In this document: piece by piece, positions 24,796-26,802 of the stretch
How positions within the stretch are numbered: the stretch's first letter is position 1
Layout: every line of letters starts with the position of its first letter
DNA from: Patellaria atrata CBS 101060
Taxonomy: Eukaryota
NCBI GenBank assembly: GCA_010093705.1
Contig: MU006124.1
Coordinates: 62,001 to 88,802 of the forward strand
DNA: 26,802 nt
Direction: 5' to 3'
Position numbers and translations under genes: made by a program
Notes under the pieces: model-generated
What the model saw: only the letters and a program-made list of their open reading frames with translations
What the model was told of the DNA's origin: nothing
Database searches by the model: none

Positions 24796-24802
24796 TATAT
24801 AA
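24796..24802 (+). promoter_or_regulatory. Possible TATA box of the downstream gene
   Basis: TATATAA ~76 nt upstream of the ATG at 24878, in otherwise GC-balanced sequence. Confidence 0.35.
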
Positions 24803-24877
24803 GTTACGGTCCCGTTGGACTGATCAAAAACCTTATGTCGAAAAGAAACACATGTTGTGTGTTGACAACGATATATT

Positions 24878-26476
24878 ATGGCGAACCTTGAACCCGAGAC
24901 TGAGCCAATCATGGCCTCAATCGGGAATGCTGCAGAGCCCGAGCTATCCACCAGAACTTCAGGAAAACGGCTCGCAAAATTCACTACAAGACCCTTACTT
25001 ATTAAACAATCTACCGACCGGAAGTTGTCTGCTATATTTCTCTGTGTGTCAGGCTTCGCAGGAAGTTGTGCTTTTGCCATAGGCCATCACATCTTTTACT
25101 CAACCCTCAACAACACGGCTGTGGGAAGCACTGAAAGACAGCAATGGGCGCTCCGGTACGATATCAACCTCAAACATCGCAAGCACATCGTAGCCACACT
25201 GACAGGCGATATAGAATCGGGACGTTTTTCACCCTTGCTGTGGGGACATGCCTGCGCTTGGCCATTACCTCTGCTTATTTGCAGTATATCTGGCTTAAGT
25301 TCAAGAGTGCTCGAGTCTCACTCACTCATGTGGATGACGCCTTCAATGCTTTGTCGAGCATTTTATCTTTAATCAAGCCTCAGTTTATCAAGAAGCTCCC
25401 CGTTGCCGCACTAGCTGGTCTGATTTGCTGGTACGTGCGTAATACACAATCAACGGAAGCATGGAAGAGTTCTGACAAATTCTAGGTCCACACATGTGAT
25501 GACTCTTTTCCCCCCTGCAACTTTGTCTGCCGTTGAACAAGCGGTGCCTGGCCCAGTTAAGGTCCTACGGCCCTCGTTAATGAACTTTGATCTTTCAAAG
25601 GCTTATCCGGCGACCACATCCGACCAGCCTTTGCGAGCATATGTCGAAGACGACGGAGTAACAGCACAACTTCAAGATTTGTTTCATGACATAAAAGCAG
25701 AAGCTAGAACGTTTCCACCACAGCCCCTTTTAACTACGCAGGAATACTCTTACACGACTGCAATACATATCCCTCAAACGAGATGTAAACAAGTCAATGT
25801 GGACCATGACCAGGACCAAGCTCTGGACCCGCAAGACGTTGCTGTTGCTCTGGAGCAGATTCTTCAAATCCAAGTTCTTATTGGTCTTGACAGGTGGGTG
25901 CTAAATACTACGATGGATGAAAGATACGACTTCACCTACAAAACACGTCCCCTAATTTTCGACGGTAACGAAACTTCTATTACTGGGCCTATATCGGGGT
26001 CTTTGCAATACATTGGTCTGGCGGGAACAGTTGATCCTGTTAAAGGCCACAGCTTTCTAAGAAAACCGACTGCCCCCCCTTACTTTTTGCTCGATCCATC
26101 AATCAAAGATTGGCCTGTACTTGACGGCAGTCTTTATATTGCCTGGTCAAATCCATCTCACTCAGGTGTAAATATTACCCGTTGTGAGCTATACAACAGT
26201 TCTGTGGAGGTCGAGGTGAAGGTCCAATCGCGGAACACCTCCATCCAACGTATCAAGGTGCTCGAGTTTGGAGAACCACTGTCCCAGAATACAGCATTGT
26301 GGGAGCCTAATTCGGAGAATCGCTCATGGGCATCAATTGCTTTGAATGCATGGATGCAAGAGCTGTATACCCAAATACAAGCTAGTGGAGGAACTATTGC
26401 CGATTCCGGAACTATTGCCCAACTCGGAACCAGCGGATGGGACTTTCTTCAGCTGCGCGTTGTGAGCGGCCTCTAG
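24878..26476 (+). CDS. Uncharacterised fungal multi-pass membrane protein, ~494 aa; exons 24878-25155, 25215-25430, 25486-26476
   Basis: Intron 1 is 25156-25214 (GTACGA...CTGAC...TAG) and intron 2 is 25431-25485 (GTACGT...CTGAC...TAG). Splicing joins three track ORFs in frame (QQWALR|IGTFF; GLICW|STHVMTLFPPATLS). There are three N-terminal hydrophobic segments, with the HHxFYxxL...QxW...AYxQxxW...DxxF...PATLS pattern I associate with a widespread uncharacterised ascomycete family. Confidence 0.85.
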
Positions 26477-26802
26477 TAATTGTGTTCCAACTATCTAGTC
26501 CAGATGCTATCTACAATCAAGATAAAGAAGAAGAGAAGAGTCTGAAGGCAGGTTTGAGGAAAATATTACTGGCTGATCTTCGGATGCAGGGCGCGCTCAT
26601 ACCACTAGGCTCTAGCCTGTTACATTACCCCCCTCCTCTCTCTCTCTAAGATTTGTCTATATTCCTGGCCTTTTGACGTTTTTGAATTTTGACCCATAGC
26701 TTCCAGGCATCTGTCTTGCGGACATTTTCAACTGGTTCCCAAGTTGGCTCTACGTAGTCAACCCATTTCACCTTAGCTTCCTTGATATTTTTCCTTCCAG
26801 CT

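Noticed and set aside
24574..25082. Track ORFs 24574-24891(+), 24732-25082(+) and 24781-25080(-)
   Set aside because: Short, overlapping the promoter or exon 1 in other frames, with no recognisable motifs.
26437..26649. 70-aa ORF as a separate gene
   Set aside because: It overlaps the gene end and has no recognisable features; at most its last part is an alternative terminal exon.

Overview
Fungal (filamentous ascomycete-type) nuclear DNA spanning an AT-rich/GC-balanced boundary. Bases 1 to ~24,570 are almost devoid of G+C and carry the signature of repeat-induced point mutation (RIP): CpA/TpG are nearly absent and paired repeats differ mostly by C>T/G>A. Reading A as A/G and T as T/C resolves a nested set of Ty3/Gypsy chromovirus relics. 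(i) A 3'-truncated + strand copy of family A lies at 1-4939. (ii) A complete - strand copy of family A lies at 6600-20634, with 272-bp LTRs and an ATTTA TSD. (iii) A complete family B element is inserted in that copy's integrase at 7771-15299, with 627-bp LTRs and a TTATT TSD. (iv) A family A solo LTR lies at 22790-23061. The remaining AT-rich DNA, which hosts (ii) and (iv), is an even more degraded relic I cannot classify. After a sharp boundary lies one three-exon gene for an uncharacterised fungal membrane protein (24878-26476). The most unusual item is in element B: an extra ORF carrying four His/Cys motifs sits between gag and protease, flanked by two in-phase -1 slippery-type heptamers, which suggests a possible double-frameshift strategy. 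All protein readings in the RIP'd block are by-eye de-RIP reconstructions, not intact ORFs.
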